NCBI GenBank assembly: GCA_965219455.1
Contig: OZ244744.1
Location: forward strand, 4,192,001-4,256,000
Direction of reading: 5' to 3'
Origin: Candidatus Latescibacterota bacterium
Lineage (GTDB): Bacteria; Latescibacterota; UBA2968; GCA-2709665
DNA: 64,000 nt
This document shows, in pieces, positions 21,620-31,900 of this stretch; the stretch's first letter is position 1; each line of letters opens with the position of its first letter. The notes under the pieces are model-generated. The model made no database searches. It had not been told where the DNA came from and worked only from the letters and a program-made list of their open reading frames with translations. The position numbers and the translations under genes were made by a program.

Positions 21620-22504
21620 TCAAGGATGGAATTGCAGATCCGTCTGAGGACGCATCCGGACTTCGACTTCGAGCCGCGTCTTACCGCCGCCCTGACGGAC
21701 GCCGCGGGTGGGAGAGATGTCCAAATAGTCGCGTCCGATCGCGATCCGGACGTGTCGTTCGTCGGCAAGGCTCTGGTTGGTCGGATCGAAGCCCACCCAG
21801 CCGAGTTCCGGCAGCAGACACTCAACCCACGCGTGGGTGGCATTACTCCAAGCCTGGCCGTCGGGAGAGCCGGAGACGTAGAGATAGCCCGAGACATAGC
21901 GGGCGGGAACGCCCCAGGAGCGCGCGACCGCGATCATCACGTGGGCATAGTCCTGGCAGACTCCCCGGCCCGAATTCAGAATTTGCTCAATTGGAGACGC
22001 GGCCGATGTGCTTCCCGGAGCGTACTGAAATCTGCTGTGCAGTGTGTCTGAAAGTCTGATCAGGTCCCTGAGTGGGTCGTTTCCACGTGAAATGCCGTTC
22101 TTGTCCGTGAAATCGGCGAGTGCCGGCGACGGCTTCGCCATCGCACTGGGATGCATAAAGTCCCAATGTAGAAATGAAGCCTTCCAGGCGTCAATCTCCG
22201 TCCACGCGGCGGCTCCGAGTCCGGAAGGAAGCGACCTGAAGGGAGCCGGTCTTACGGTCGAGTGTGTGGCAATCTCCAGCGCTTCGTGCTCCCGGTGGAT
22301 GTTTAGAACGTGCCGCGTATTGCCAAAAGGATCCTTTTCGTCGTTTACGGCGCTCGGCGGTTTCGTTTCGATCTCGAAACGACCGAGTTGCTGACCCCCA
22401 TTTTCGAGCGGCTTCAGGCAAAGCAACATGACGCATTGCCGCGCGGGGGATTCGTACTGGTAGCGTGAGACGTGCCTGATTTCGTACTGGATGTTTCCGG
22501 ACAC
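21620..22504 (-). CDS. Transglutaminase-like protein (Bact_transglu_N + catalytic core)
   Basis: Catalytic triad motifs 'GVCQDYAH', 'THAWVE', 'GFDPTN'; N-terminal 'YEIRHVSRYQY'. Confidence 0.92.
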   Translation of the reverse strand: MSGNIQYEIRHVSRYQYESPARQCVMLLCLKPLENGGQQLGRFEIETKPPSAVNDEKDPFGNTRHVLNIHREHEALEIATHSTVRPAPFRSLPSGLGAAAWTEIDAWKASFLHWDFMHPSAMAKPSPALADFTDKNGISRGNDPLRDLIRLSDTLHSRFQYAPGSTSAASPIEQILNSGRGVCQDYAHVMIAVARSWGVPARYVSGYLYVSGSPDGQAWSNATHAWVECLLPELGWVGFDPTNQSLADERHVRIAIGRDYLDISPTRGVRQGGGKTRLEVEVRMRPQTDLQFHP

Positions 22505-22524
22505 GGTATGAGCACACCCGGGAA

Positions 22525-23511
22525 TCAGTCAACGACGGCGTAATCGATATAGGCGGCGGTCACAAGATCATGCAATTCCCGGCAGTAATCCATGAGGTTT
22601 TCGAGGAGGGCCTCATGGTCTTCGCGATCGGGCCAATCGTAATGGATCAGTGCGCACATACGTCTGGCCAGGCGCAAAGCTACAGCACTGGAATGCTCAT
22701 CGGACCCGGGACCGATGGCGTTGAGTTCCGCAGCCACCGCGTCGAGTGAGTAGCATAGAGAGCCGTGTAGAAGAGGGTCGGTGACGAGCAGATCGAGGAC
22801 CCGGGGCGGCTGAACGTCGACGCTATAATTGCGGCCGTAAGCATCAAACGCCTGGCAGACGTGCAAGAGGTTCGTCCAGTCCGCGTCGGAGGACTCGTCC
22901 ATCAGCTTGTCCATGGAGAGTTGAGAAAGAAACAACGAAGCCGAGCTCTGGGCGCGTTCGATACAACGCCCGAGTCGCAGGAAATGCCACCCTTCGTCGC
23001 GATACATCGTTGCTTCCGCCACGCCGGCAAACGTGTTGATGTCACCTGCCGTTTCTGCATAAAAGCTCTCCGGGGAGGTCTTCCAGATATCCCGAATGCT
23101 CAGCTTCCGGAGCCGCAGATACGCCAGGTTCAGACAGGTCCACATCTCCCCGCTGATGCAGTGGCGCATCTGCCGCGCATTCTCACGGCCGAGGGAGAAA
23201 CAATTCCAGACGGAATCCGGATTTGTGCGCTCGAAAGTGAGATCGTCGGCCAGCGTGTAGGAATCGGCCAGCGTGAAATCGTCGTTCCCGACCATCGCGA
23301 TGCTACCGCCGGGAGGCCGCCGATTCAGGCCCATGTAGATTCGACTCCATCCGAAATAGATCTCCCGGATTGGCCGATCAACCAGCGCTTCCACCTGAAA
23401 TCGCAGCAGGCGGCAGAGATGTTCCGCCCGGTCCAGGTAGCGGCCCATCCAATAAAGGCCCTGCGCGCTGCGCGAGAGGAGTCTGGGATTTCCAGGATTC
23501 GTTGTCATCAA
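22525..23511 (-). CDS. Alpha-E domain protein (DUF403)
   Basis: 'LSRSAQGLYWMGRYLDRAE', 'RENARQMR', 'LGRCIERA' ER-repeat signatures. Confidence 0.9.
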   Translation of the reverse strand: MMTTNPGNPRLLSRSAQGLYWMGRYLDRAEHLCRLLRFQVEALVDRPIREIYFGWSRIYMGLNRRPPGGSIAMVGNDDFTLADSYTLADDLTFERTNPDSVWNCFSLGRENARQMRHCISGEMWTCLNLAYLRLRKLSIRDIWKTSPESFYAETAGDINTFAGVAEATMYRDEGWHFLRLGRCIERAQSSASLFLSQLSMDKLMDESSDADWTNLLHVCQAFDAYGRNYSVDVQPPRVLDLLVTDPLLHGSLCYSLDAVAAELNAIGPGSDEHSSAVALRLARRMCALIHYDWPDREDHEALLENLMDYCRELHDLVTAAYIDYAVVD

Positions 23512-24893
23512 TCCTCATCAGCTTCTTCCGGTGTGAGTACGAATTCGGGGTATGCCTCCATTCTCAGTTCCCCCACATCCTGCCCCAGCCGCTCGACCTT
23601 GTCGGACACGCGGACGCTCAGGGTCGCGTCCAAAAGGCGCCACAATACCCACGAAGTCAAAAACACGAACGCGCCAACCGCTACGATACCCAATAGTTGG
23701 ACGCCGAAGTTGCCGCCTGCGGCGATGCAGACCGCCAGCGTTCCCCAGATGCCGGCGAAGAGGTGGGCAGGTACCGCACCGACGACGTCGTCGATTTTCA
23801 ACCTCTCCAGCAGCCGGATTCCCAGCGTGCAGAAGATGGCGCCCACGCCGCCGATAATAATCGCCCAATAATGTTGGACGATGTCGGGACCGGCAGTTAT
23901 TGACACCAGCCCCGCAATCGCTCCGTTCAGGCTGGCGAACAGGTCCATTCGGCCGAGGATGGGTTTGGAAACGACAAGCGCTACCACCACGCCGGCAGAC
24001 GCCGCGAGATTCGTGTTGACCAGCACATGGCTCATAGCCACCGCATCGGCGGCGCTCCCCAACGCCAACTGCGACCCGCCGTTGAAACCGAGCCAACCAA
24101 ACCAGAGGATGAACACGCCCAGCGTTACCGCGACGATATTGGACGGCGGGGTGGCCTTTATTGAGCCGTCTTTCCGGAATTTCCCCAACCTTGGCCCTAC
24201 CACCAGTGCGCCCGCAAGCGCCGCCCATCCGCCGGTGCTGTGAACAATGGTCGAGCCGGCGAAATCCTTGAATCCCATTGCACTCAACCACCCTTCGCCC
24301 CAGGTCCAGGCGCCCACCACGGGGTAGATGACAGCCGTCAGGACCAGCGTGAACAAAAAGAAGGACCACATCCTGACCCGTTCCGCCAACGCGCCGGAGA
24401 CAATCGAGGCGGCCGTCGCCACAAAAACCATCTGGAAGAACCAGTCGGACATGGTGGAATATTTGTTGGCGATAACCTTGGCCTTCGCCGTTTCCTGACC
24501 CGCTACGAGGGCGAGATCGGCGGCAGACGGACCGTAGAGGAGTTTAAATGAGCCGATGAACTTCCCGACTTCCGTATACATCAAATTGTAACCGATGAAG
24601 TAATAGGCGAGCCCCGCTATCGAGTAAAGACCTATGTTCTTCATGCAGATCATCCCGGCGTTCTTGGTGCGCACCGAACCGGATTCGAGCATTGTGAACC
24701 CGGCACACATCCACATAATCAGCGCGCCCCAGATCAGAAACGCGAAGGTGTTGAAGACGAACATGGTCTCCTGGTCAATCGCCGCATACGCGGCGGTGGT
24801 CCCGCAAAGCAGACAGCCGAGCACCAGCAGAGCGATTCTCCCCGAGGAACCGCCGACGCGCTTGTGAAATGGAACTTTCGTGGAACCTTTCAT
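23508..24893 (-). CDS. amtB: Ammonium transporter (Amt family)
   Basis: 'FFQMVF', 'DFAGSTIVHSTGG', 'WFGWLGFNGGS', 'IDDVVGAVPAH' (twin His conserved); ATGA overlap with the alpha-E gene. Confidence 0.95.
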   Translation of the reverse strand: MKGSTKVPFHKRVGGSSGRIALLVLGCLLCGTTAAYAAIDQETMFVFNTFAFLIWGALIMWMCAGFTMLESGSVRTKNAGMICMKNIGLYSIAGLAYYFIGYNLMYTEVGKFIGSFKLLYGPSAADLALVAGQETAKAKVIANKYSTMSDWFFQMVFVATAASIVSGALAERVRMWSFFLFTLVLTAVIYPVVGAWTWGEGWLSAMGFKDFAGSTIVHSTGGWAALAGALVVGPRLGKFRKDGSIKATPPSNIVAVTLGVFILWFGWLGFNGGSQLALGSAADAVAMSHVLVNTNLAASAGVVVALVVSKPILGRMDLFASLNGAIAGLVSITAGPDIVQHYWAIIIGGVGAIFCTLGIRLLERLKIDDVVGAVPAHLFAGIWGTLAVCIAAGGNFGVQLLGIVAVGAFVFLTSWVLWRLLDATLSVRVSDKVERLGQDVGELRMEAYPEFVLTPEEADED

Positions 24894-24967
24894 GCCTTCT
24901 CCTTTCGTGGTTTTTCCACAACGATGAGATGCGTGGTCTACCTGACAGATGTCACGAATGCGTCTGC

Positions 24968-26401
24968 TCAGTTTCCCAGGACCCAGAGGTCTTTGCCGCC
25001 GCCGCCCTGACTGGAATTCACGACGAGGCTGCCTCGGCGCAAGGCGACACGGCAGAATGCCCCGGGCACGATTCGCGTCTCCCTCCCGTGCAGCACAAAT
25101 GGACGCAGGTCAACGTGCCGCGGCTCAAACCGGTCGTCGGCAAGACACGGCGCACGCGACAGCGGCAGGACCGGTTGCGAAATGAAGTCAGCCGGGTTGG
25201 CGCGCAACTGCGTGGCGTACTCCCGGCGTTCCGTCGGTGTGGCGTGGGGGCCGACCAGCATGCCGTAACCGCCAGACTCTCCGACACGCTTTACAACCAG
25301 TTTTTCGAGGTTGTCGAGTGTGTACTCGAGGTCTTCCGGCCTGCGGCACAGGTAGGTCTCTACGTTGGCCAGAACGGGCTCTTCACCCAGGTAGTAGCGT
25401 ATCATGTCGTGAACGTAGGCATAGACGCTCTTGTCGTCGGCCACACCTGTTCCGGGCGCGTTCACGAGGGTCACATTGCCAAGTTTGTAGGCGTGCAATA
25501 TGCCAGGTACACCAAGCAGCGAATCCGCGCGAAAGACGAGGGGATCGAGAAAGTCGTCGTCGACACGTCGGTAAATCACGTCGACGCGCCGGAGGCCGGT
25601 GGTGTTGCGCATGTAGACAAAACCGTCGTTCACGAGGAGATCCCGACCCTCTACCAGTGCAGCTCCAATCTCGCGGGCCAAAAACATGTGTTCGTAGAAA
25701 GCCGAATTGTAGACGCCAGGCGTCAGCAGCACGATGCATGGGTCGGACCGCCCCCCCGGAGCAAGCTCTACAAGGGTTTCGCGCAGCAACCTGCCGTAGT
25801 GTTCCACATCCTGTACGCGCGAACGTCTGTAAAGGCGGCGAAGACTTGCCTTCACCGCTTTGCGGTTCGCTACCATATACGAGACACCCGACGGAACGCG
25901 AAGGTTGTCTTCAAGTACAAGAAAGCCGTCGTTGGTGCGCACGAGGTCGGTTCCGCAGATGGATACCCAGGCGCCATGAGGAGGAGAGGCGCCACGCATT
26001 TCGACCCTGTATTGCGGACAGCCCCTTACCATGTCCCTCGGAATGACACCGTCTTCGATGATGCGTGCGTCATTATATATATCTTGAAGAAAGCGATTCA
26101 GGGCGGCGAGGCGCTGTGTGAGGCCCTTGACGAGCTGGCGCCACTCGGCGCCCGATAAAATCCTCGGAAGGCAGTCGACGGGAATGATGCGTTCAGTGGC
26201 CTCCTCATCGTCGTAAACGGTAAAGGTGATGCCTTCATTTGAAAACGAGCGCGTTACCCGTTCCTGGATGCTTGATAGTTCCTCCACCGAGAGCTCGCTC
26301 AGCGCTTCGAAAAGCGGACGGCAATGCTCCCTGGGAGTACCGTCCGAAAGGAACATCTCGTCGTAAATGGCTGGATCAAGGCCGTAGGTATCAAATTCCA
26401 T
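24968..26401 (-). CDS. Circularly permuted type 2 ATP-grasp protein (putative peptide ligase)
   Basis: 'LEDNLRVPSGVSY', 'IYRRVDDDFLDP', 'GTGVADDK', 'VVNSSQGGGGKDLWV'. Confidence 0.93.
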   Translation of the reverse strand: MEFDTYGLDPAIYDEMFLSDGTPREHCRPLFEALSELSVEELSSIQERVTRSFSNEGITFTVYDDEEATERIIPVDCLPRILSGAEWRQLVKGLTQRLAALNRFLQDIYNDARIIEDGVIPRDMVRGCPQYRVEMRGASPPHGAWVSICGTDLVRTNDGFLVLEDNLRVPSGVSYMVANRKAVKASLRRLYRRSRVQDVEHYGRLLRETLVELAPGGRSDPCIVLLTPGVYNSAFYEHMFLAREIGAALVEGRDLLVNDGFVYMRNTTGLRRVDVIYRRVDDDFLDPLVFRADSLLGVPGILHAYKLGNVTLVNAPGTGVADDKSVYAYVHDMIRYYLGEEPVLANVETYLCRRPEDLEYTLDNLEKLVVKRVGESGGYGMLVGPHATPTERREYATQLRANPADFISQPVLPLSRAPCLADDRFEPRHVDLRPFVLHGRETRIVPGAFCRVALRRGSLVVNSSQGGGGKDLWVLGN

Positions 26402-26606
26402 GGCAACAGTGTATGTGATTGCAGCTTCGTTTTGATAAGAGCAGCGTTACGTGCCGAAAGAACGGGTTAAGTCTTGCCCAGCAGCCTGCTCGATGCCCAT
26501 GTTCGGCAGATGACCGCGGCCGAGAGTGCGGATCCTGTCGCGTCGATAGGAACCAGGCGATCTCATAGGTCCGCAAACGGGGCTGCGCGGGTTTCTCGTA
26601 ATGACT

Positions 26607-28808
26607 TCAGGGCGCATCCCCATCGGTGGTTTCCTCCGGCACCAATTCGGGAGCTTCCAGGGGTATTTCGACAACCATCTCGGTAAATTCGCCGGGATCG
26701 GTTTCGACCCGAATGCTGCCTCCGTGCTCTCGCACAATATCGTTCGAAAGTGCAAGACCGAGCCCTGTTCCCTGGTCGGTGGGCTTGGTCGTGAAAAATG
26801 GGTTGAAAATCTTGTCGACGACGTCGGGCGGAATTCCGTTTCCATTATCCTTGATACGTACCTCGAGCCGTTCCGATCCACGTCGGGTCGTCAACCAAAG
26901 CGTAGGCATGTATGGCGCTTTATTGTTGTCCGGTTGTTCATTTCCGCGCCGTTTTTCGTCGGTCGCGTGGCAGGCATTACTAACCATGTTCAGGAACACG
27001 CGGCCCATATCCTGAGGGATCACCTCGACGTCGCCCGTGGACGGGTCCAGATCCTGTTTGATGTCGAGTTGGAAATCCGGGTCGCTCGCCCTTACGCTGT
27101 GGTAGGCAAGCCTGGCGTGTTCGTCGAGCAGGTTGTTTATATTGGTGGGCTGTCGCTGTGCCGAACCCCGTCCCATCGATAGCATGTCCTGAACGATCCG
27201 GTTGGCACGCTCGCCGTGTTCGCGGATGCGTTCGAGGTTGTCGGTGAGGTCCTGGCAGATTTCCTTGATGAGTTCCCGTTGTTCTTCGTCCAGATCTCCT
27301 GCCTCCTCGCTGAGCATCTCCTGGAGCTCCTCCCGGAGTTCTTCCAACAGTTCCACGGAGACCTCCGAGAAATTCTTGACGAAATTCAGCGGGTTCTTGA
27401 TCTCGTGTGCGACCCCGGCGGTCAGTTCGCCGAGCGCCGCCAGTTTTTCGCGCATCACAATCTGGTCCTGCGCCCGCCGGAGGTCCGCGAGCACGGATTC
27501 GAGTTGTTCGTTTTTTTCCCGCAACTCCTCGGCCAGCTTTTCGACGAGGTTCAGGCGCTGGACTTCCAGGGCATGTCGCCGGAATACCTCCAGCGCCGCC
27601 GCCATATCGGCGACCTCGTCGTTGCCGCTGATATCGACCCTGGCTTCCAGGTCGCCATCGGCCATACCTCGCATCCTGTTCGACAGGCGTTCGAGCCGGC
27701 GCAACAACACCCGACCAACAAAAAGCCACGCGATCAGCACGGCTCCGGTGATGCTGACCACGTTCAGTCCAAGCAGAACACTGCGTCCGGTCCCGATCGC
27801 CTGGGTGGATGCCCGCGTGGCCTCTTGCGTCCGCTCCCGGGCCGCACTGACGAGACCCTCGACTTCAGTGCCGAGTTTGATTTCGAGGTTCAGGTTGTCC
27901 TGGAGGAGGTTTCGCTGCCGCTCGGCGAGCGCGAACTCACGAACGATCAGTTCGAAACCACCCTGTTCACCCAGACCCAGCTCGAACAGCCGGTTCAGGT
28001 GCGGGGCGATTTGATCGCGCCATGGCGATGTACCCAGGGCCGACAAGCTCCGCTCGATACGCCCGGCAGCAGCCTCAAAACGCTCCCGCAGCGGTTCCAG
28101 CAGGAGGGCGTCCGACAGATTGAATGAACTTGACAGGAGCTGTGTCGCGATGGTGGCATCGGCCTTTAAATCGGCCAGGTGGCGGTACCGATCGAATTCA
28201 TCATTTGAAAAATGCCGCTCGCGGGGCGCGGGCGGCTGGCCTATTGTACGATAGCCTGTCATCGCGTAGAAGAGTTGATCGTCGATGGCCGGAATCAGCA
28301 TGCCAAACAATTTGCCCCGCAAATTGGACAATTCCGCACGCAGTGCTTCGCTGCGCGCGCTGACCTCGAACAACTCGGAGACCTCCCGCTCGATGGCTTC
28401 GATGTTGGACGTGAGCGCGGCGGCATAGTCGTGAATTCGTCTGTAACGCTCCTCGCCTTCTTTCCTGATGTCCCTGTGCATCAGGGCTGCCAACAGTGTT
28501 TCGAAGGCCCTGCGCTCTTCGGCGATATCTGCCTTGACGCGGACGAAGTCATCCACCGTTGACGCCGAGGTCAGACGGGGTGCAGCGGCGACCAGAGTAC
28601 CACTCTGCCGGGCGACTCCAAAGGCGGTGGCCATTTCCGGCACGCTACCCTCGTTAACACGGTTCTGGATGTCGCCCACGAGCTCGAATGAGAACCACCC
28701 GACCATACTGGCGACCATGGTTATGGCAACGGCGCCTCCGATTCCCAGATAGAGTTGCGTGGCGATGCGGAAGCGGCCCTCGAGCAGATGTTTCAGCGTA
28801 CGGATCAC
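26607..28808 (-). CDS. Membrane sensor histidine kinase (TorS-like periplasmic domain, HAMP, HisKA, HATPase)
   Basis: Two TM segments flanking a long helical domain; HAMP 'DEVADMAAAL'; H-box 'AHEIKNPL'; N, G1, F and G2 boxes 'DNGNGI..FFTTK..GTGLGL'. Confidence 0.92.
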   Translation of the reverse strand: MIRTLKHLLEGRFRIATQLYLGIGGAVAITMVASMVGWFSFELVGDIQNRVNEGSVPEMATAFGVARQSGTLVAAAPRLTSASTVDDFVRVKADIAEERRAFETLLAALMHRDIRKEGEERYRRIHDYAAALTSNIEAIEREVSELFEVSARSEALRAELSNLRGKLFGMLIPAIDDQLFYAMTGYRTIGQPPAPRERHFSNDEFDRYRHLADLKADATIATQLLSSSFNLSDALLLEPLRERFEAAAGRIERSLSALGTSPWRDQIAPHLNRLFELGLGEQGGFELIVREFALAERQRNLLQDNLNLEIKLGTEVEGLVSAARERTQEATRASTQAIGTGRSVLLGLNVVSITGAVLIAWLFVGRVLLRRLERLSNRMRGMADGDLEARVDISGNDEVADMAAALEVFRRHALEVQRLNLVEKLAEELREKNEQLESVLADLRRAQDQIVMREKLAALGELTAGVAHEIKNPLNFVKNFSEVSVELLEELREELQEMLSEEAGDLDEEQRELIKEICQDLTDNLERIREHGERANRIVQDMLSMGRGSAQRQPTNINNLLDEHARLAYHSVRASDPDFQLDIKQDLDPSTGDVEVIPQDMGRVFLNMVSNACHATDEKRRGNEQPDNNKAPYMPTLWLTTRRGSERLEVRIKDNGNGIPPDVVDKIFNPFFTTKPTDQGTGLGLALSNDIVREHGGSIRVETDPGEFTEMVVEIPLEAPELVPEETTDGDAP

Positions 28809-29986
28809 GGCACCGTGTCCTGGAGCGTCTCGATCGGATAGTAGCGGCCGTCACGACCGATCATGGTCAAGAAAACGGCATCCGACCCCTGATTGTCCTG
28901 GCTGCCATATAGCAGTTCAAATCCGTCTATATCGACGATTCTGGTACTGCGGAGGCTGTTGAGAAAGGAAGCCCGGCTGACCTCCGCACCACAGCGTTCG
29001 AGGGTGGCGATGGCGAGGCGGCCGGCCAGGTACCCTTCGAAGGAAACGAACCCGGGAACAGCATCGGAATCGAAGGCCGACAGAGCCCGGCGGTAGGCAG
29101 ACGCAACGGGGAAGTCGTCGTCGGTTGGAAACGGTACGACCTGAGTGACATAGACGCCGGCTCCGGCGCCACCCAACTGCCTGGCGAGTGCGTTGCTGCC
29201 CACGAAAGAGATGGTAATGAAAACGGGGTCCATACCGATGTTTCGGGTCCATGCGATAAAGGTCGCAACCGGTTCATACGCGCCAACCAGGATCACCGCC
29301 TCGGGGTTTGCCATGCGAAGGTCGAGCAGTGCCGTTTTCACCGCCGTTGTGTTGCGCGGATACAACCCCACTGCAACGGCCTCCATGTTACGCCGTTCGA
29401 GTGCGCGTCGCGCGCCGTGGTACCCGGCCCGGCCGAAGGAATCGTCCTGGTACAAGACGGCGATGCGCTTTATACCGAGGTCGCCGGTCAGCCGCGCGAC
29501 CATCTCCTCCGTCTCCTGGTTGTACGAGGCTCTCAGGTTAATCACATTTTTCCACTTTGGGTCCCGAAGGAACGCCGCACCGGTGAAGGGGGCGATATAG
29601 GGGATATTGGCCTCGGCGGCGATCGGGGTGGCTGAACGCGACGTCGGTGTTCCCACGGCGCCGATAAGCGCGAACACCTCTTCCTCTTTGATGAGGGTGA
29701 GGGTGTTCGCGATCGCCGCTTCCGGCTCGTACGCGTCATCACGAGACACGAGTTCCAACCGACGTCCGTGGACGCCGCCGCGCCGGTTGATCTCGTGGAA
29801 CGCGGATTCGATCCCGCGTTTCATGTCCGTGCCGAGTTGCGCAGCCGGGCCGCTGAAGGCGGCGGATTGACCGAAGAGAATGCGCTGGTCGGAGACGCCC
29901 GTTTCCACCTCGCGGCCGTGTGCGGCTGTAAAAAGCGCCGTCCACACGGCGAAAAGCAGCACGGCCTGATGAAGCGTCCACCTCAT
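28805..29986 (-). CDS. Periplasmic substrate-binding protein (LivJ/Peripla_BP_6 family)
   Basis: Signal peptide; 'FGQSAAFSGPAA.LG', 'GGVHGRRLEL..DDAYEP', 'VGTPT'; 4-nt overlaps with both neighbours. Confidence 0.9.
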   Translation of the reverse strand: MRWTLHQAVLLFAVWTALFTAAHGREVETGVSDQRILFGQSAAFSGPAAQLGTDMKRGIESAFHEINRRGGVHGRRLELVSRDDAYEPEAAIANTLTLIKEEEVFALIGAVGTPTSRSATPIAAEANIPYIAPFTGAAFLRDPKWKNVINLRASYNQETEEMVARLTGDLGIKRIAVLYQDDSFGRAGYHGARRALERRNMEAVAVGLYPRNTTAVKTALLDLRMANPEAVILVGAYEPVATFIAWTRNIGMDPVFITISFVGSNALARQLGGAGAGVYVTQVVPFPTDDDFPVASAYRRALSAFDSDAVPGFVSFEGYLAGRLAIATLERCGAEVSRASFLNSLRSTRIVDIDGFELLYGSQDNQGSDAVFLTMIGRDGRYYPIETLQDTVP

Positions 29987-30402
29987 TCCGACCTCCGTTT
30001 GACCAGCGTCAGGTGATTCCGTTCTTTCTCCCGCTTATAGTGCATTTCGTCCATCATTGTAAGTACCAGGTGAATGCCGAGTCCCCCGATAGGTCGATCC
30101 TCGATCCCCGCTTCCAGATCCGGTTTTGGGGCGTCAGTTAAGGGGTTGAAGGGCCGGCCGTCGTCCGCGATCTCGATTGTGATCGCGTCGTCGTCTGAGG
30201 TAAACGTGATTTCAATTACGCCAGGACCGCCGTCGAGACCATGTCTGACGATGTTATTTCCGATTTCCTCTATGGCAAGGTCAACCTGGTGTACCACCGC
30301 GGGCGACCAATTTTCCTGCAGCCCAATGTCTTCGGCGGCGGCGGCGACCTGTCGCAGTTCGTCGAGGTTGGCCTCGATCCGAAAGGATTGCTTCATGCTC
30401 AC
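29983..30402 (-). CDS. RsbW-like anti-sigma factor / Ser kinase (HATPase_c_2)
   Basis: 'EEIGNNIVRHG', 'DDGRPFNP', 'GGLGIHLV..MMD'. Confidence 0.9.
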   Translation of the reverse strand: MSMKQSFRIEANLDELRQVAAAAEDIGLQENWSPAVVHQVDLAIEEIGNNIVRHGLDGGPGVIEITFTSDDDAITIEIADDGRPFNPLTDAPKPDLEAGIEDRPIGGLGIHLVLTMMDEMHYKREKERNHLTLVKRRSE

Positions 30403-31568
30403 GTGTCCGTCCCCCTGTAGCGAAACGTAACGCAGGTTATATCGTCGAACTGAGGGGTGTCTCCCACAAAACCCGTCACGGCACTGAAGATCGCTCCGTT
30501 GGCGCCGCCGGCGTCCTGCGGGGGCGCATCCACAAAGACGTTTCGAAGGCGTTCGACCCCGAATTCTTCCTCCACGTCGTTGATGGCTTCGGTGACGCCA
30601 TCTGTATAAAGAACAACCGTATCGCCGGGTGCGAGCGTCACCGAATTGTATACGTATTCGATGTCCGGCAACATTGCAAGGGCGATGCCGCCCGTGAGGG
30701 GGAGCATGGTCGCCTGTCCGTCCGCGTTGACGATAAGCGGCGAATTGTGCCCGCCGTTGGCGTAAACGAACTGTCGATTCACGGGATCGAATACAGCATA
30801 AAACACGGTGACGAACATCGCGGCTTCGTTATTCTCGCAGAGTGAGTTGTTCACTTCGAAAAGGACCTCTCCGGGATTGGCGGTCCCGATTGCAGCACCT
30901 CGAAGTACCGTCCTGCTCGACATCATGAAGAGCGCCGCGGGCACCCCCTTGTCCGAGACATCGGCGATTGCGATGCCGATGCGACCGCCGTCGAGTCGGA
31001 TGATATCGAAGAAATCACCGCCGACGTTGCGAGCGGGTTCCATGCTCCCATATATCTGGTAATCGCGATTCTCGGGAAACCGTGTGGGTAGAATCGACTG
31101 CTGCATTTTACTGGCAACGTCTAGTTCGTTCTGTAACGCTATCAGCTTGTCGCGGGATTCGAGCGCCTCCCGCCACTCGATCAGATGACGCATCGTTCGA
31201 TCGATGGTCACCTGCAGGTCCGAGAAGTCTATGGGCTTGGTGACGAAGTCGAACGCGCCGCGGTTCATTGCGATCCGGATATTTTTCATATCCCCGTACG
31301 CCGAAATTATTACGGAACGGATATTCGGATCCACCTTGGGGATTTGCTCGAGCAACGTAAGGCCGTCCATCTGGGGCATGTTGATGTCGGAGAGCACCAT
31401 ATCGATGCTATCGTCTTCATTCAACCGCTCGAGCGCTTCTATGCCGTTACGGGCAAAAACGAACGTGTAGCGGCCCCTGCGAATGGCGCGTCGCATACGC
31501 TGCAACATGAGCGGTTCGACGTCGGGCTCGTCGTCCACGACCAGGATCTTATATGGGAACGCTGACAT
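30399..31568 (-). CDS. Response regulator receiver + PP2C/SpoIIE phosphatase (RsbU/RsbY-like)
   Basis: 'ILVVDDE..LSDINMP..FVTKP' receiver; 'VGGDFFD', 'IADVSDKG', 'YTDGVTEA', 'DDIT' SpoIIE motifs. Confidence 0.93.
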   Translation of the reverse strand: MSAFPYKILVVDDEPDVEPLMLQRMRRAIRRGRYTFVFARNGIEALERLNEDDSIDMVLSDINMPQMDGLTLLEQIPKVDPNIRSVIISAYGDMKNIRIAMNRGAFDFVTKPIDFSDLQVTIDRTMRHLIEWREALESRDKLIALQNELDVASKMQQSILPTRFPENRDYQIYGSMEPARNVGGDFFDIIRLDGGRIGIAIADVSDKGVPAALFMMSSRTVLRGAAIGTANPGEVLFEVNNSLCENNEAAMFVTVFYAVFDPVNRQFVYANGGHNSPLIVNADGQATMLPLTGGIALAMLPDIEYVYNSVTLAPGDTVVLYTDGVTEAINDVEEEFGVERLRNVFVDAPPQDAGGANGAIFSAVTGFVGDTPQFDDITCVTFRYRGTDT

Positions 31569-31900
31569 ATCGGAATACCCCGCGATAGAATGGTCTTCCT
31601 GAATATTGAAACCTGCCGGTACGGGTCAATGGATCGAATGCGATCCTTGTAACGTTATCGGACCATGGAATTCCGGCGGAATGATCCGCTCCGTTTGGCA
31701 CTTGCCTGAGAGCGTGGACGACAATCCGATTGGAATCCCGGCGCGCCTTGAAAGCAGGAACGGACTGTGTTCTGACAAATCCGGTCCGGCATTCGACTGC
31801 CGGCCAGAGGTCGAAACCGATTTCATTGGTGACCGGAATTCCCGAATGCATTGCGGTCGATTCCGACTGCGGTCGCCGTTTCGGATATTCCAAAGTGGGA

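Noticed and set aside
24869-26158. 429-aa plus-strand ORF (and similar long antisense ORFs such as 15472-16545, 22861-23871, 55965-57017)
   Set aside because: Shadow ORFs opposite well-supported genes in GC-rich DNA, with no recognisable motifs.
26440-26458. sigma54 promoter before the ATP-grasp/amtB operon
   Set aside because: Minus-strand CGGCACGTAACGCTGC gives GG-GC spacings of 8 or 11 nt, not 10.
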